A DNA stretch of 64,000 bases from Synechococcales cyanobacterium VAR_4_metabat_354 (GCA_031414775.1 JANOQI010000033.1:30581-94580); one strand, 5' to 3'. Numbered from the stretch's first letter, positions 11,872 to 22,033 are shown. Notes: generated from the sequence alone by a model not told the origin. Program-made: numbers and translations.

Positions 11872-11886
11872 CCGGCAATTTGCCGG
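11872..11886. promoter_or_regulatory. Palindromic operator of the DUF1778/GNAT operon
   Basis: ccggcaa-t-ttgccgg about 50 bp upstream of antitoxin start. Confidence 0.55.
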
Positions 11887-11943
11887 GTGTCAATATAGTC
11901 GAAGCCATCACATCACAGAATAGGTTTGAAATGTTGTCTTGCT

Positions 11944-12990
11944 TTAGTTTTCATTGGGCAATACCCGCACCCGAATAGAGTTTTGACCCATTTCATCCAG
12001 GGGCACTTCCACAATTTCCCCCGATAGCCGCTCCAAACAATTCAGTAGCGATCGCAAGTGCGGTGTACTTGCCCCGGTATCTACAAATAACCTATCGGCT
12101 AAAGTGCCCACTCGCTTCCAGGTCATATAAAACTTGGTCAGTGTTTGCTCCAGGGTAGCCGCCTGTTTCAGTAAATCCGCTGCCACCGGCAAACAACCCA
12201 CCCGCATAGCTTCTTCTAAGGCGATCGATAGATCCACCGCCGACTGATTTAGGGTTTGCACCTGTGCCCCAGCATCCAAATAACGGGATAAACTGCGGGC
12301 ATTAGCCGTCAACTCTTTTACATTATCTACTTCCGGATTGTCGGTCATTTCTCGCTGGAGAGCCTGTTGATGCAGCTCCGGTAGCTTCTCCATCTCCCGC
12401 ACCAAAGGAGCCAAGTAACGCGGCGGCATCGAGCCACTGGCCGCTCTTTCCTTTAACTCTTCAGGCAATAGATCTGAACTCATTGCCGTCCATTCTTCGG
12501 AGAGCTGTTTCACTTCTCGTCGGGAAATTTTGTCGCCGCGCGTCGCGGCTTCTGTCACCATCTGCTGAACTTCTGGTGAAGACTTGGCCGTTTCCACAAA
12601 AGCGCGTTTGGTGAAATTGTTTAAAGTTTGGGGTGATAGCTCGCCTTGCGCCATCAGTGCATCGGCGCTATTGGCTAATTCAATCCAGGCGTAGGCTTGA
12701 CTTTTACTCAGTTCTCGTTCTTTCAGCCAGTTCAGAAAACCTTGACCGCGACTGTCACCACCGCGTTTCTCTCGATCGCGTACCACTCGCAAAATCCGAC
12801 CACGCCAAATTTCAGTTTGCAAATCGAACCGATCGCAAACCGCCCACGCACTATCAACTTGCAGCTGAAAGTCGTAATCACCAACACTTTCATCGTCAGG
12901 ATCGGGGAGTTCTAAGTTGATATCATTACCTGCTTCTAAAGCCAAGGCAATGTTTTCGGCGGGCAGTGAATGTTCATGAGAACTTACCAT
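11944..12990 (-). CDS. Conserved cyanobacterial hypothetical protein
   Basis: 348 aa ORF; FDLQTEIWRGRILR, GFLNWLKE motifs. Confidence 0.75.
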   Translation of the reverse strand: MVSSHEHSLPAENIALALEAGNDINLELPDPDDESVGDYDFQLQVDSAWAVCDRFDLQTEIWRGRILRVVRDREKRGGDSRGQGFLNWLKERELSKSQAYAWIELANSADALMAQGELSPQTLNNFTKRAFVETAKSSPEVQQMVTEAATRGDKISRREVKQLSEEWTAMSSDLLPEELKERAASGSMPPRYLAPLVREMEKLPELHQQALQREMTDNPEVDNVKELTANARSLSRYLDAGAQVQTLNQSAVDLSIALEEAMRVGCLPVAADLLKQAATLEQTLTKFYMTWKRVGTLADRLFVDTGASTPHLRSLLNCLERLSGEIVEVPLDEMGQNSIRVRVLPNEN

Positions 12991-13050
12991 TGGTCACTTT
13001 TGGTACACACGGACCTTAGATTATAGGGACAAGCATCCAAAATCTGCAAG

Positions 13051-13530
13051 CTAGGGAAAAAACGATTTGAGGAATCTAAATAACAGGGCAATCAGAGCAG
13101 CAAAGCTAGCTACCATCAGGGCTAGAACTATTACGAGGAAGATAATAAAGAATAGGTCAACCTTAGCCTGAAACTGAGGCTGATCAACGTGAGCATCCAC
13201 TAGTTTCAAATTGCGGGTATTTGCTTTGGAGATAGCATCAAATAAATCTCCGAAGATTGGCACTGTGCCAGTTAAACCATCGATCACAATATTTAAGACC
13301 ATCCGCAGTAAAGTAGCCTTTGGCAATCCGAGCAAAGCCGCCTCTACTACAATGTAGGCAGAAAGTAACATACCAACTGTATCGCCTCCACCTGGAAACA
13401 AACCAATGATCGGATCGAGACCAATACGTTTATTAGTACCAGGGATCAAAATTGCTTCATCCAGCAAGCGAGAAAGTTGGCGAATGCGCTGGAGTCTTTT
13501 CTGCTGAGTAGGGTGCAGGTGAGCAAGCAT
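13051..13530 (-). CDS. DUF4112 membrane protein
   Basis: LLDEAILIPGT.RIGLDPIIGLFPGGGD, VPIFGDLFD..KANTRN. Confidence 0.85.
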   Translation of the reverse strand: MLAHLHPTQQKRLQRIRQLSRLLDEAILIPGTNKRIGLDPIIGLFPGGGDTVGMLLSAYIVVEAALLGLPKATLLRMVLNIVIDGLTGTVPIFGDLFDAISKANTRNLKLVDAHVDQPQFQAKVDLFFIIFLVIVLALMVASFAALIALLFRFLKSFFP

Positions 13531-13634
13531 AGCAAGATAAATTAAAAGTCCAATCCTATCATGGAAGTTTTGACTGGTTGGAGATCTGTGATCCATCAGG
13601 TATGATATTTGGAAGCTTTTGTCGATGCAATCCT

Positions 13635-14300
13635 GTGCAAATACCACATTTCTTTGAAGCCGATCACGAATTGATTCGCTCCCTAAGGTCTTCCAGTGAT
13701 ACTGAATTGATTCAAGGCTGTTGCCAAGAGATGGATCAAGCTAAGTTTTTTACGGCTTTTTTCTGTCGCTATAGCGCGGTGACCTACAGTATTTTTCAAC
13801 ATGTCTCTAGTTCTCAGATTCAGGTAGACTATACATTTGCCAGAGCTTGGCAACACATTTTTGAACGCATTCAGCAGCTTGACGAGCAAAGAATAAACAA
13901 TACTGTTTGGCAAAATTGGGTAGTGGATATCGCTGGCAATTTTTTAGATAACTTCCAAGTGCCACCAATAGAGGAAATTCATTACCAGCTAGCAACTGTG
14001 TCGCCCCCATTACTCTGTTATGTGCAAAGATCGTTGAATTTGATGCAACCTCTGTTACGACTAATGCTGATGATGGATAAACATTGGCATTGGTCAGCAT
14101 CGAGCATTGCCAGCCATTTAAGAGCCGAGGGTGAACAATTTGAGGATAGCGATTTGCCGCTGTATTTAGCCGAGAGCCAAAAGGCTTTTGAGAAAACACT
14201 CCCGATCGATCTCCACGAAATCTATGGAGAATCAGCGGCGATGGATTTTGATATTAGTACGTCTGGGGATATTGTTGATCGCAGCTCAACCAAACAATAG
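13635..14300 (+). CDS. Divergent sigma-70/ECF-like protein of cyanobacteria
   Basis: GTG start QIPHFFEADH; region-2-like FTAFFCRY...FARAWQHIF; region-4-like RSLNLMQPLLRLML...WSASSIA. Confidence 0.55.
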   Translation: MQIPHFFEADHELIRSLRSSSDTELIQGCCQEMDQAKFFTAFFCRYSAVTYSIFQHVSSSQIQVDYTFARAWQHIFERIQQLDEQRINNTVWQNWVVDIAGNFLDNFQVPPIEEIHYQLATVSPPLLCYVQRSLNLMQPLLRLMLMMDKHWHWSASSIASHLRAEGEQFEDSDLPLYLAESQKAFEKTLPIDLHEIYGESAAMDFDISTSGDIVDRSSTKQ

Positions 14301-14311
14301 TCCATCACAAA

Positions 14312-15268
14312 TCAACTCATCGCTAGCATCCGTTGAATCGGCATTAAGGCTAATTGTTGAATCTCGGTGGGTATGGTAATTTCTGGGGTTCGATCGCGTA
14401 GTGCTAAATACACTTTTTCGAGGGTATTCAGTCGCATGTAAGGACATTCATTGCAGTTGCAATTATTGGCATCGGGGGGCGCGGGAATATATTCTTTATC
14501 GGGTCTGGCCTTCTGCATTTGGTGAATAATCCCTGGTTCGGTCACCACAATAAAACTTTGATAATCATCTTGCTGGGTAAATTTCAAGAGTGCACTGGTC
14601 GAACCAATAAAATCAGCATGGCGCAGCACCGGTTCTTCGCATTCCGGGTGAGCAATTACGGCGGCGGTAGGATGTTGAATCTTCAACTGCACCAACTTTT
14701 TTTCAGAAAAAGTCTCATGGACAATGCAACTGCCTTGCCACAGAACTAAATCCCGCCCCGCTTGCTGAGCGACATAGCGACCCAGGTTGCGATCGGGTGC
14801 AAAAATAATTCCTTGCTCTGGGGCGATTTGCTGGACGATTTTCACCGCATTGGAGCTAGTACAAATAATGTCGCTGAGCGCCTTAATCTCCGCCGTACAG
14901 TTAATGTAAGAAATCACCACATGGTCGGGGTGCTGAGCTTTAAAAGCTGCAAACTTATCCGGTGGGCAGCTATCGGCCAAGGAACAACCAGCTTCTAGAT
15001 CTGGCAATAGCACTAGCTTGTGGGGATTAAGAATTTTGGCCGTTTCGGCCATGAAATGTACCCCGGCAAACAAAATTACATCAGCGGGAGTGTCCGCTGC
15101 TCGCCGCGATAGCTCTAAGGAATCACCAATAAAGTCGGCGATGTCTTGAATTTCGGATTCTTGGTAGTAGTGCGCCAAAATCACGGCGTTGAGTTCTTGC
15201 TTGAGCGATCGAATTGCCCCGACTAAATCGGTCGGAATTTGGTTGACTGAGCGGTTGGTAACAAACAT
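14312..15268 (-). CDS. nadA: Quinolinate synthase
   Basis: ILAHYYQ, GVHFMAE, AGCSLA, CTSSNA, AHPEC, CPYM. Confidence 0.96.
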   Translation of the reverse strand: MFVTNRSVNQIPTDLVGAIRSLKQELNAVILAHYYQESEIQDIADFIGDSLELSRRAADTPADVILFAGVHFMAETAKILNPHKLVLLPDLEAGCSLADSCPPDKFAAFKAQHPDHVVISYINCTAEIKALSDIICTSSNAVKIVQQIAPEQGIIFAPDRNLGRYVAQQAGRDLVLWQGSCIVHETFSEKKLVQLKIQHPTAAVIAHPECEEPVLRHADFIGSTSALLKFTQQDDYQSFIVVTEPGIIHQMQKARPDKEYIPAPPDANNCNCNECPYMRLNTLEKVYLALRDRTPEITIPTEIQQLALMPIQRMLAMS

Positions 15269-15605
15269 GGCTGAGGAGTGGCAAAATCGTTATTTTTTAA
15301 TTATAGTGGATTTCACCAAAAAGCCAAGTGATTCTGCTCAGTTCATGACTCTCTGCCCAGGCGACCAATGCTATCCCAAAATTATTTACGCTGCCTGTAA
15401 CAGTCAAGGCATTCCACATTTTTTATTAAATTTTGAGAGAACATACTTTTTCTTACTGACTATATTAGTATTTTCTATATATAATTCTTTTTAATCATAA
15501 AATCATTTTTATTTACTTATAAACTATATTAGTAGTTAGATATAGCATTCACATGGGACTTGTTCGTGAGTTGACTTCTGTTAATTTTGAATGAAGAGTT
15601 TGAGC

Positions 15606-16046
15606 ATGGAAATTACTACTTTGACTGCTTTTATTAGTCCCTTTTTGCCATTTTTGTTGAAACTGGGCGGCAAGGCGCTGGAAAAATCGACGGAATCGGC
15701 CTCGGGCAAGTTTGGGGAGGCGGCGTTTGCGAAAGCCCAGGCGGTTTGGGGAAAGTTGGAGCCAAAGGTGGAGGCGAAGGAAGCAGCCAAAGAGGCCGCG
15801 ATCGATCTAGCAAATAATCCAGATGATCAGGATTTACAGGCGGCGCTGCGGGTGCAGTTGAAGAAGTTGTTGGAACAGGATGAGGAGTTATTTAGAGAGA
15901 TCGAGCAGATTCTGGCAGAAGATACGCCGGATGGTACTTCTGGCACCCAAATTGTGCAAAATGTCACGGGTAATCAAAACCTGGTCATCGGTCAAATGAT
16001 GGGTGGTAAGGTGATTGGCAATATTTCTGGCGATGTGACGATGTAA
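15606..16046 (+). CDS. Bell/HeLL-like helical effector with C-terminal amyloid-like motif
   Basis: N-terminal hydrophobic helix FISPFLPFLLKLG, helical body (..W.KL....A..DLANNPDD.D..AALRVQLKKLL), C-terminal QIVQNVTGNQNLVIGQMMGGKVIGNISGDVTM. Confidence 0.7.
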   Translation: MEITTLTAFISPFLPFLLKLGGKALEKSTESASGKFGEAAFAKAQAVWGKLEPKVEAKEAAKEAAIDLANNPDDQDLQAALRVQLKKLLEQDEELFREIEQILAEDTPDGTSGTQIVQNVTGNQNLVIGQMMGGKVIGNISGDVTM

Positions 16047-16071
16047 TTGTAAATGAGCCTGGAGAAAATTT

Positions 16072-18081
16072 ATGGCAGATCTAGTCCCTAATCCATCTAG
16101 CGATGATTCAAATTCAAGATCTCAGAATCAGCAAAATATTGAGGGTAATGAAAATCAAGTTATTGGTGAGGTGATAGACGGTACCGCAATCCACACAGTC
16201 AGCGGTAATGTTATTTATAACTATTATTATCGGAAAGAAATACCGATTGAAAATACCACTGAATCTGCTGAGACCGCTCTACTTCCTTGTCCTTATCGAG
16301 GTTTGTCTCACTTTGAGCCGGGGGATGCGAAATATTTTTTTGGCCGGGAAAGCTTTGTGGAAGAATTAGTCGAGGCAACGCAAACCCGTAATTTTATTGC
16401 TCTGCTGGGGGCTTCGGGAAGTGGTAAGTCTTCGGTGGTTTTTGCAGGATTAGTTCCTAAATTGCAACAGGCTGGTCATTGGCAGTTTACCCATTTTCGG
16501 CCCGGTTCAGATCCTTTCCATACACTGGCTTTAGCACTAATTCCGCTTTACACAAAGAATTTGGATGAAACGGAACAAATACGTCAATCTCGTAATTTAG
16601 CTGGCTATTTTCGGACGGGAGAGGTTTTATTAGCTGATGTTTTTGCTCAAATTCAGCAGAATTTTCCAAATGATCGAGTATTGCTAATTGCCGATCAATT
16701 TGAGGAACTCTATACCCTCTGCAAAGATGAGACTACCAGCGATTTCCTTAGTATATTACTGGCTGGTATTGATAAAACCCCCTTTGCCCCAGTACTCGTG
16801 GCAACGATGCGGGCAGATTTTTTAGGCAATGCCCTTTCCTCTAAACACTTTGCGGATGTGTTGAAGAATGCTGACCTAAAACTGGGCCCGATGAATCGGG
16901 AAGAACTAACAGAGGCAATCAGTAAACCCGCAAAAATGGCAAGGCATCCCTTAGATTTAAGTACAATCAATCTATTAATCGAGCAGACCGCAGATCGGGC
17001 AGGAACTTTGCCTTTGCTCCAGTTTGCTCTGACCCAAATTTGGGAAGGTTTAGCAGCAGGAACAACACCCGCAGAGACGCTCAGATTGATCGGTGGTGTT
17101 GGTGGGGCTTTAGCTCGCAAAGCTCAAGATATTTATGACAAACTTACCTCTGACAAAAAAAAAATTGCACAGCGGGTGTTTTTGAGTTTGGTGCAGTTGG
17201 GGGAAGGAGACAAGACAACTTGTCGTCAGGTGAAGATAAAAAACTTGGTTTCAAAACAAAATAGTCTAGATCTCTTGCAGGAGACGATCTATCTGTTTGC
17301 TAGCCCTGATGCTCGGTTGATTACCTTGGCAAATGATGGGGATGCAGAAACTGCTGAAATAACTCATGAGGCATTATTTGACAACTGGCAGCAGTTAAAA
17401 AACTGGCTGAAGGGTAGTCGTGAATATCTATGGACTCGGCAGCGGTTAGATGATGCGATAGAAACTTGGGAAAGACGTAATCGACCAGAAGGAAGCTTAT
17501 GGCAAGCGCAGGATTTAGAATCTCTGCGAAACTTTTATAAACATGCTGGCATTGACATGACACAGCGGCAAATTTATTTCTTTAATGCCTCAAAGCAATC
17601 TGCAAAATGGAAGAAAGTTAAAGATATATCACCATATTGTATGTTTGGCGCGTTAATCACATTATGTTTCTTTTGGGTAACAGATGTTGAATACATTACA
17701 GCTAAAATTCAGAATGAAAACACGTTTTTTGTTAAAAAGCCAACATCTGGAAAGGATAAATATTATTATGATTTACTCCGCTTAGTACTTCGTGAAGCGC
17801 TCCCGGGTAAAAAAATAGAATTAAAACTTAGAAAAGCAAATTCTTCTCAAGGAGAAGCGACAATTGCACTAAATACAGATGCAATAGATCTTAAGAACCG
17901 AGCAAATAAAATCAAACTGGATATTGATTGGATGATGGGAAACGATGACAGGCGTTCACAAGCAAAGAATATAAATTTTCCACTTACATTTGGATTGCTA
18001 TCTCATAGATTATGTCTTGTACGTAACAATGACTTTGAATTTCGGAAGATATCTAATAAAAATTTATTCCTCAAAAAATAA
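16072..18081 (+). CDS. nSTAND1 (NLR-like) NTPase with N-terminal amyloid-like motif, TM helix and first half of a periplasmic-binding-like domain
   Basis: CPYRGLSHF..FFGRE, Walker A GASGSGKSS (16408), Walker B LIADQFEELYT, LPLLQFAL, HEALFDNW; TM ISPYCMFGALITLCFFWVT (~17626-17682). Confidence 0.85.
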   Translation: MADLVPNPSSDDSNSRSQNQQNIEGNENQVIGEVIDGTAIHTVSGNVIYNYYYRKEIPIENTTESAETALLPCPYRGLSHFEPGDAKYFFGRESFVEELVEATQTRNFIALLGASGSGKSSVVFAGLVPKLQQAGHWQFTHFRPGSDPFHTLALALIPLYTKNLDETEQIRQSRNLAGYFRTGEVLLADVFAQIQQNFPNDRVLLIADQFEELYTLCKDETTSDFLSILLAGIDKTPFAPVLVATMRADFLGNALSSKHFADVLKNADLKLGPMNREELTEAISKPAKMARHPLDLSTINLLIEQTADRAGTLPLLQFALTQIWEGLAAGTTPAETLRLIGGVGGALARKAQDIYDKLTSDKKKIAQRVFLSLVQLGEGDKTTCRQVKIKNLVSKQNSLDLLQETIYLFASPDARLITLANDGDAETAEITHEALFDNWQQLKNWLKGSREYLWTRQRLDDAIETWERRNRPEGSLWQAQDLESLRNFYKHAGIDMTQRQIYFFNASKQSAKWKKVKDISPYCMFGALITLCFFWVTDVEYITAKIQNENTFFVKKPTSGKDKYYYDLLRLVLREALPGKKIELKLRKANSSQGEATIALNTDAIDLKNRANKIKLDIDWMMGNDDRRSQAKNINFPLTFGLLSHRLCLVRNNDFEFRKISNKNLFLKK

Positions 18082-18665
18082 TCATAACACAAGTAACGAG
18101 TTGGCCTGACACAGCTATTTTGAGAAGTAATGATAAGTTGACATTAAAGCAGACACAAAACCAAAAAGAATCAGAAAAGCAACTATTAAATCGTCAAGCC
18201 AATTGTTTTTTGCGTGGTTTGAGCGAGATATATATTGAACAAAAAGAACTTAAGGAAAGCGAGAAAAAAGATTTCTCGATATTAAACACTTTTTTCTTTC
18301 AATATCATTCTCCCATAAATTTCTATGTTGCGAAAGACAATGAATATTTGCATGACAAAATAGATAGAGGATTGGAAAAAATATTAGAATCCGGGCAACT
18401 ATTATGTATATACAAACATCATTATGGCGAGTTTATAAAGAGGGCAAAGTTAAAAGAAGATAATAGAATTTTTCTTGGCAGTGGCAAACCAGAGAAAACA
18501 GAGCATCCGGAGTTATATCTAGATTTCACAAAGGATTATACAAACATTTTTAAAGATATAGAGGAAAAACAGACTTCTCAATTGACTCCATCAAAATGTA
18601 ATTCCTTGATTGAAAACCTAGAACATGAAAACGAACAACTATATCCAAATAAATTAAAAAAATAG
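18078..18665 (+). pseudogene. -1 frame continuation of the NTPase gene: C-terminal half of a substrate-binding-protein-like domain
   Basis: Frame open from 18060 reads IIITQVTSWPDTAILRSN...CFLRGLSEI...YHSPINFYVAKDNEYLHDKIDRGLEKILESG; no convincing own start. Confidence 0.65.
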
Positions 18666-18916
18666 CCATGCCGCCTCCGCTATAGGGGCATCACAATGAA
18701 AACTAGTGAACATTTCGGGCACACAGTTTCTTAGAGAACAACACCAAAGTTAGTAAAAGCAACAAGCACCTCAGCGATAGCATGGCACCAAAAAACAGTA
18801 ACCAGACTTTGAAAATTCATGACAGAGCCGCCCCTTTTAGCCAATTGATCTAAATTCCCATATTGCGATTCAGCCAGATCTAAAGGTCGATCGAAATCAG
18901 GCGATCAGTGATAATT

Positions 18917-19177
18917 TCAATTGCCTTCTATATATTGACGTAAAACGTTGTTTATGAGGGTTTTATACTGTTCGCCTTGCGCCTGAAACCATTTTTGCAC
19001 GTCCGGATCAAGCTGAACTAGGTTATGTGCTTGTTCTGCTGGAATACGTAAAGTAGCCCGTTCAAAAAATTCGTCAGTTAGCGGTGGAATGTCTGAGTAG
19101 TCAATATTTTCTTCTGACTTCGACTCTAAAGCTGCCCAATTAGTACGAGAGGTACTGTTCAAATTTTTTTTGTTCAT
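18917..19177 (-). CDS. BrnA-like antitoxin
   Basis: IDYSDIPPLTDEFF, LDPDVQKWFQAQGEQYKTLINNVLRQY. Confidence 0.85.
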   Translation of the reverse strand: MNKKNLNSTSRTNWAALESKSEENIDYSDIPPLTDEFFERATLRIPAEQAHNLVQLDPDVQKWFQAQGEQYKTLINNVLRQYIEGN

Positions 19178-19418
19178 GACGATTGGCTCTTCGCGCTGAA
19201 ATAATTCGAGTTACATCCTTGTGACGCTCTGTCCAGACTACCAATGCTATCCCAGAACCGAGAAAACCAATTCCGAACCAGCGATCTTCGCCATAATCAA
19301 AACGCTCATCTAGCTTAATCAGCATTTCCCCATCAAACATTGGAGGAACATCAGCAAAATCAATCTCATGTTTACGGATGTTTTCAAGGTTTTTTGCTTC
19401 GTCCCACTCAAATTGCAT
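19140..19418 (-). CDS. BrnT family ribonuclease toxin
   Basis: MQFEWDEAKNLENIRKH.IDF, YGEDRW, RIISARRA. Confidence 0.9.
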   Translation of the reverse strand: MQFEWDEAKNLENIRKHEIDFADVPPMFDGEMLIKLDERFDYGEDRWFGIGFLGSGIALVVWTERHKDVTRIISARRANRHEQKKFEQYLSY

Positions 19419-19523
19419 GAAGGATTAGGAATATGACAGACTGCACTAACTTCTTTCATTATCCCGCATTTACTTAGGCTAGATCTACCCTGCATAGTAT
19501 CGCCCTCAATTCCATTATCTACC

Positions 19524-20576
19524 TTAGAGATTCGGATAGAGCAAAATCTTATAGGTTTCCGGAGTAGGAGCCGAAGCTTGAGCCACCGCCTTAGCCAGAT
19601 CCTTCAGATGATACTTATCACTAATTAGCGCATCCACATCAATCCGCTGATTAAAAACAATATCCTGCGCCAAACCCTGCACCCGAAAAGAAGAACTATA
19701 ACTGCCCATCAAATCGATCTCCCGCTGGTACAAAACATTAGGATTGAGGGGAATAGTCACTTCATCCGGAAATTCCGCAAAAAACAAAATCTTGCCGCCC
19801 TTGCGCGTACAGTCCAAAGCCTGGAAAAAAGCCTTATCGCTGGACACAGCCAATAGACTAACATCCACGCCCATCCCGCCAGTCAGATCCTGAATCTTGC
19901 TAGCCAAGTCGGGGTCAGTCGCTAAAAAAGCCGCATCAGCTCCGATCGACAATGCCTTTTCTACCCGACTGGGAATTAAATCAGTCGTAATCGCCCGGCC
20001 ACCAAAATACTTCACCAACATCGCAAACATTAAGCCGATCGGACCTGCCCCGGTAATCAAAACCGTATCCCCGGCCTGGATATTAGCCTTCTTCACCGCT
20101 TTTAAACAGCAATTGGTGGGTTCTACAAAACTAGCCTGCTCAAAAGTAATCCGGTCAGGAATCGCAATCAAGCCGCCATTTTGGACAATATGCCCCGGCA
20201 CTTTTACATAATCAGCAAAACCACCACCACTGGGCGTAAACCCGGCTGTTGTTGTGACTTGCTTATAGACATCACACATCGAATAGTTTTCGTGCAGACA
20301 ATAAGCACAGCGCATACAGGGAATATGGTGCATCACCACCACCCGCTGACCCACTTGCCAATTTTGCACGTCCGCCCCAACTTGCGAAATCACCCCCGCC
20401 GTTTCGTGACCAAAAATTCGGGGCGGTGCATAAAGCGGATAGCGAATTTTTTTGATATCTGATTGGCACAAGCCCACTACCTTTACGGCTACTAGTACTT
20501 CATCAGCAGCTAATTCTGGGACTGGTAATTCCTCATAGCTGAGTTGATTTACACCGCGAAATACTTGTGCCTTCAT
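19524..20576 (-). CDS. Zinc-dependent alcohol dehydrogenase family protein
   Basis: GLCQSD, GHE, CMRCAYC..C, GAGPIG. Confidence 0.9.
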   Translation of the reverse strand: MKAQVFRGVNQLSYEELPVPELAADEVLVAVKVVGLCQSDIKKIRYPLYAPPRIFGHETAGVISQVGADVQNWQVGQRVVVMHHIPCMRCAYCLHENYSMCDVYKQVTTTAGFTPSGGGFADYVKVPGHIVQNGGLIAIPDRITFEQASFVEPTNCCLKAVKKANIQAGDTVLITGAGPIGLMFAMLVKYFGGRAITTDLIPSRVEKALSIGADAAFLATDPDLASKIQDLTGGMGVDVSLLAVSSDKAFFQALDCTRKGGKILFFAEFPDEVTIPLNPNVLYQREIDLMGSYSSSFRVQGLAQDIVFNQRIDVDALISDKYHLKDLAKAVAQASAPTPETYKILLYPNL

Positions 20577-20676
20577 ATCAATGCTGCCGGAAAGAAACTC
20601 TGACACAAATTGTAATGTAGAGCTAGCTGCTTTGGACTAAGGTTACAAACTTTAAACTTATGTGGCCTTTTCGTGA

Positions 20677-21006
<330 letters not shown>

Positions 21007-21030
21007 TCTATAGTAATAGCCTATCCATTT

Positions 21031-21065
21031 TTCCCCTGCGGTTATGCTGCACGGGAATTTTTTTT
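21031..21065 (+). terminator. Intrinsic terminator after psaC
   Basis: ttccc..gggaa stem followed by a long T-tract. Confidence 0.6.
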
Positions 21066-21160
21066 ACAAATTCAGCGATGCGGCGCTCAGCGTCTGAAGA
21101 AATAAAGTGTAGACTAGTATAGAAAATTAGGCATTTTTAAAGTTTTACTCTGACAAATAT

Positions 21161-22033
21161 ATGAAGCTGAAGCACCTCCAACGAGATCGCGCGCTGTTAA
21201 TGACGAGTATGTTATTGGTATTGATGCTAGGGGCAGGCATCTTCAGCGGTATTGTAGGATTTACACTTGGTCATGCCGCCCTCAAAGGTGTTACCCAGCC
21301 AGATATTCGTCTTAATAACAAAGCGGTTACTGACCAAAACCCCAAAACTCGGGGAACAGAAATTTTGAATGAAAAAGAGCTGGTTACTAATGCTCAAAAC
21401 ATAATGGGGATTAAGGCCGGAGCCGACGATAAACCAGATAAGTTTGCAAACAAAGATAAACCAACTGCGGTCTTTCCGATCGAGAACAAAGATCAAGGAA
21501 TTGTGATGGTGGTGAAGTCGGTGAAGCCCGAGGGAACCAATCTGAAGCTGGATTTAATCCTCCGGAACCAAGGTGGGCAAGAAGCCAAATTTGTGCCCGG
21601 GGTGTTAACGGTTACAGATGACCAGAACAAGCCGATTATGGCTAATTCTAACGGTCTACCCCAAAAATTGATGCCCAATGGTAAGGATGTGGCCTTAAAA
21701 ATGACGGTGCCAAAAACGGCGGTGGCCAAGGCCAAAACGATCACATTGCATTTGACCGATGCCGATAAGAAGCTGGGTTTAGACGTTGCCAATATTCCAG
21801 TAGAGCCCACGGTCAAAATCAATATTCCAGATGGTCAGCTTGATACAGTTGAGGAGAAAGAAGACCAACCCAAAAACCAGAATGCTGGTGGCAATGCCAA
21901 TCAAAATCCTGCTGCACCCAAAAGACTCAGAGGGAATCGATCACTACAACCCAAGACCAATTCCCAATCAAATCCTAGCGTCCCACCCAAGCGATCGATC
22001 AAACCCACCAATAACGTAAATCCCCAGAATTAG
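21161..22033 (+). CDS. Membrane-anchored hypothetical protein (Ig-like periplasmic region, disordered tail)
   Basis: N-terminal TM then GHAALKGVTQPD; beta-rich middle; N/P/Q-rich tail. Confidence 0.7.
   Translation: MKLKHLQRDRALLMTSMLLVLMLGAGIFSGIVGFTLGHAALKGVTQPDIRLNNKAVTDQNPKTRGTEILNEKELVTNAQNIMGIKAGADDKPDKFANKDKPTAVFPIENKDQGIVMVVKSVKPEGTNLKLDLILRNQGGQEAKFVPGVLTVTDDQNKPIMANSNGLPQKLMPNGKDVALKMTVPKTAVAKAKTITLHLTDADKKLGLDVANIPVEPTVKINIPDGQLDTVEEKEDQPKNQNAGGNANQNPAAPKRLRGNRSLQPKTNSQSNPSVPPKRSIKPTNNVNPQN

Noticed and set aside
15364..19254. 15-bp match accaatgctatccca at 15364 and 19240 as island att sites
   Set aside because: The second copy lies inside intact brnT coding sequence; probably chance
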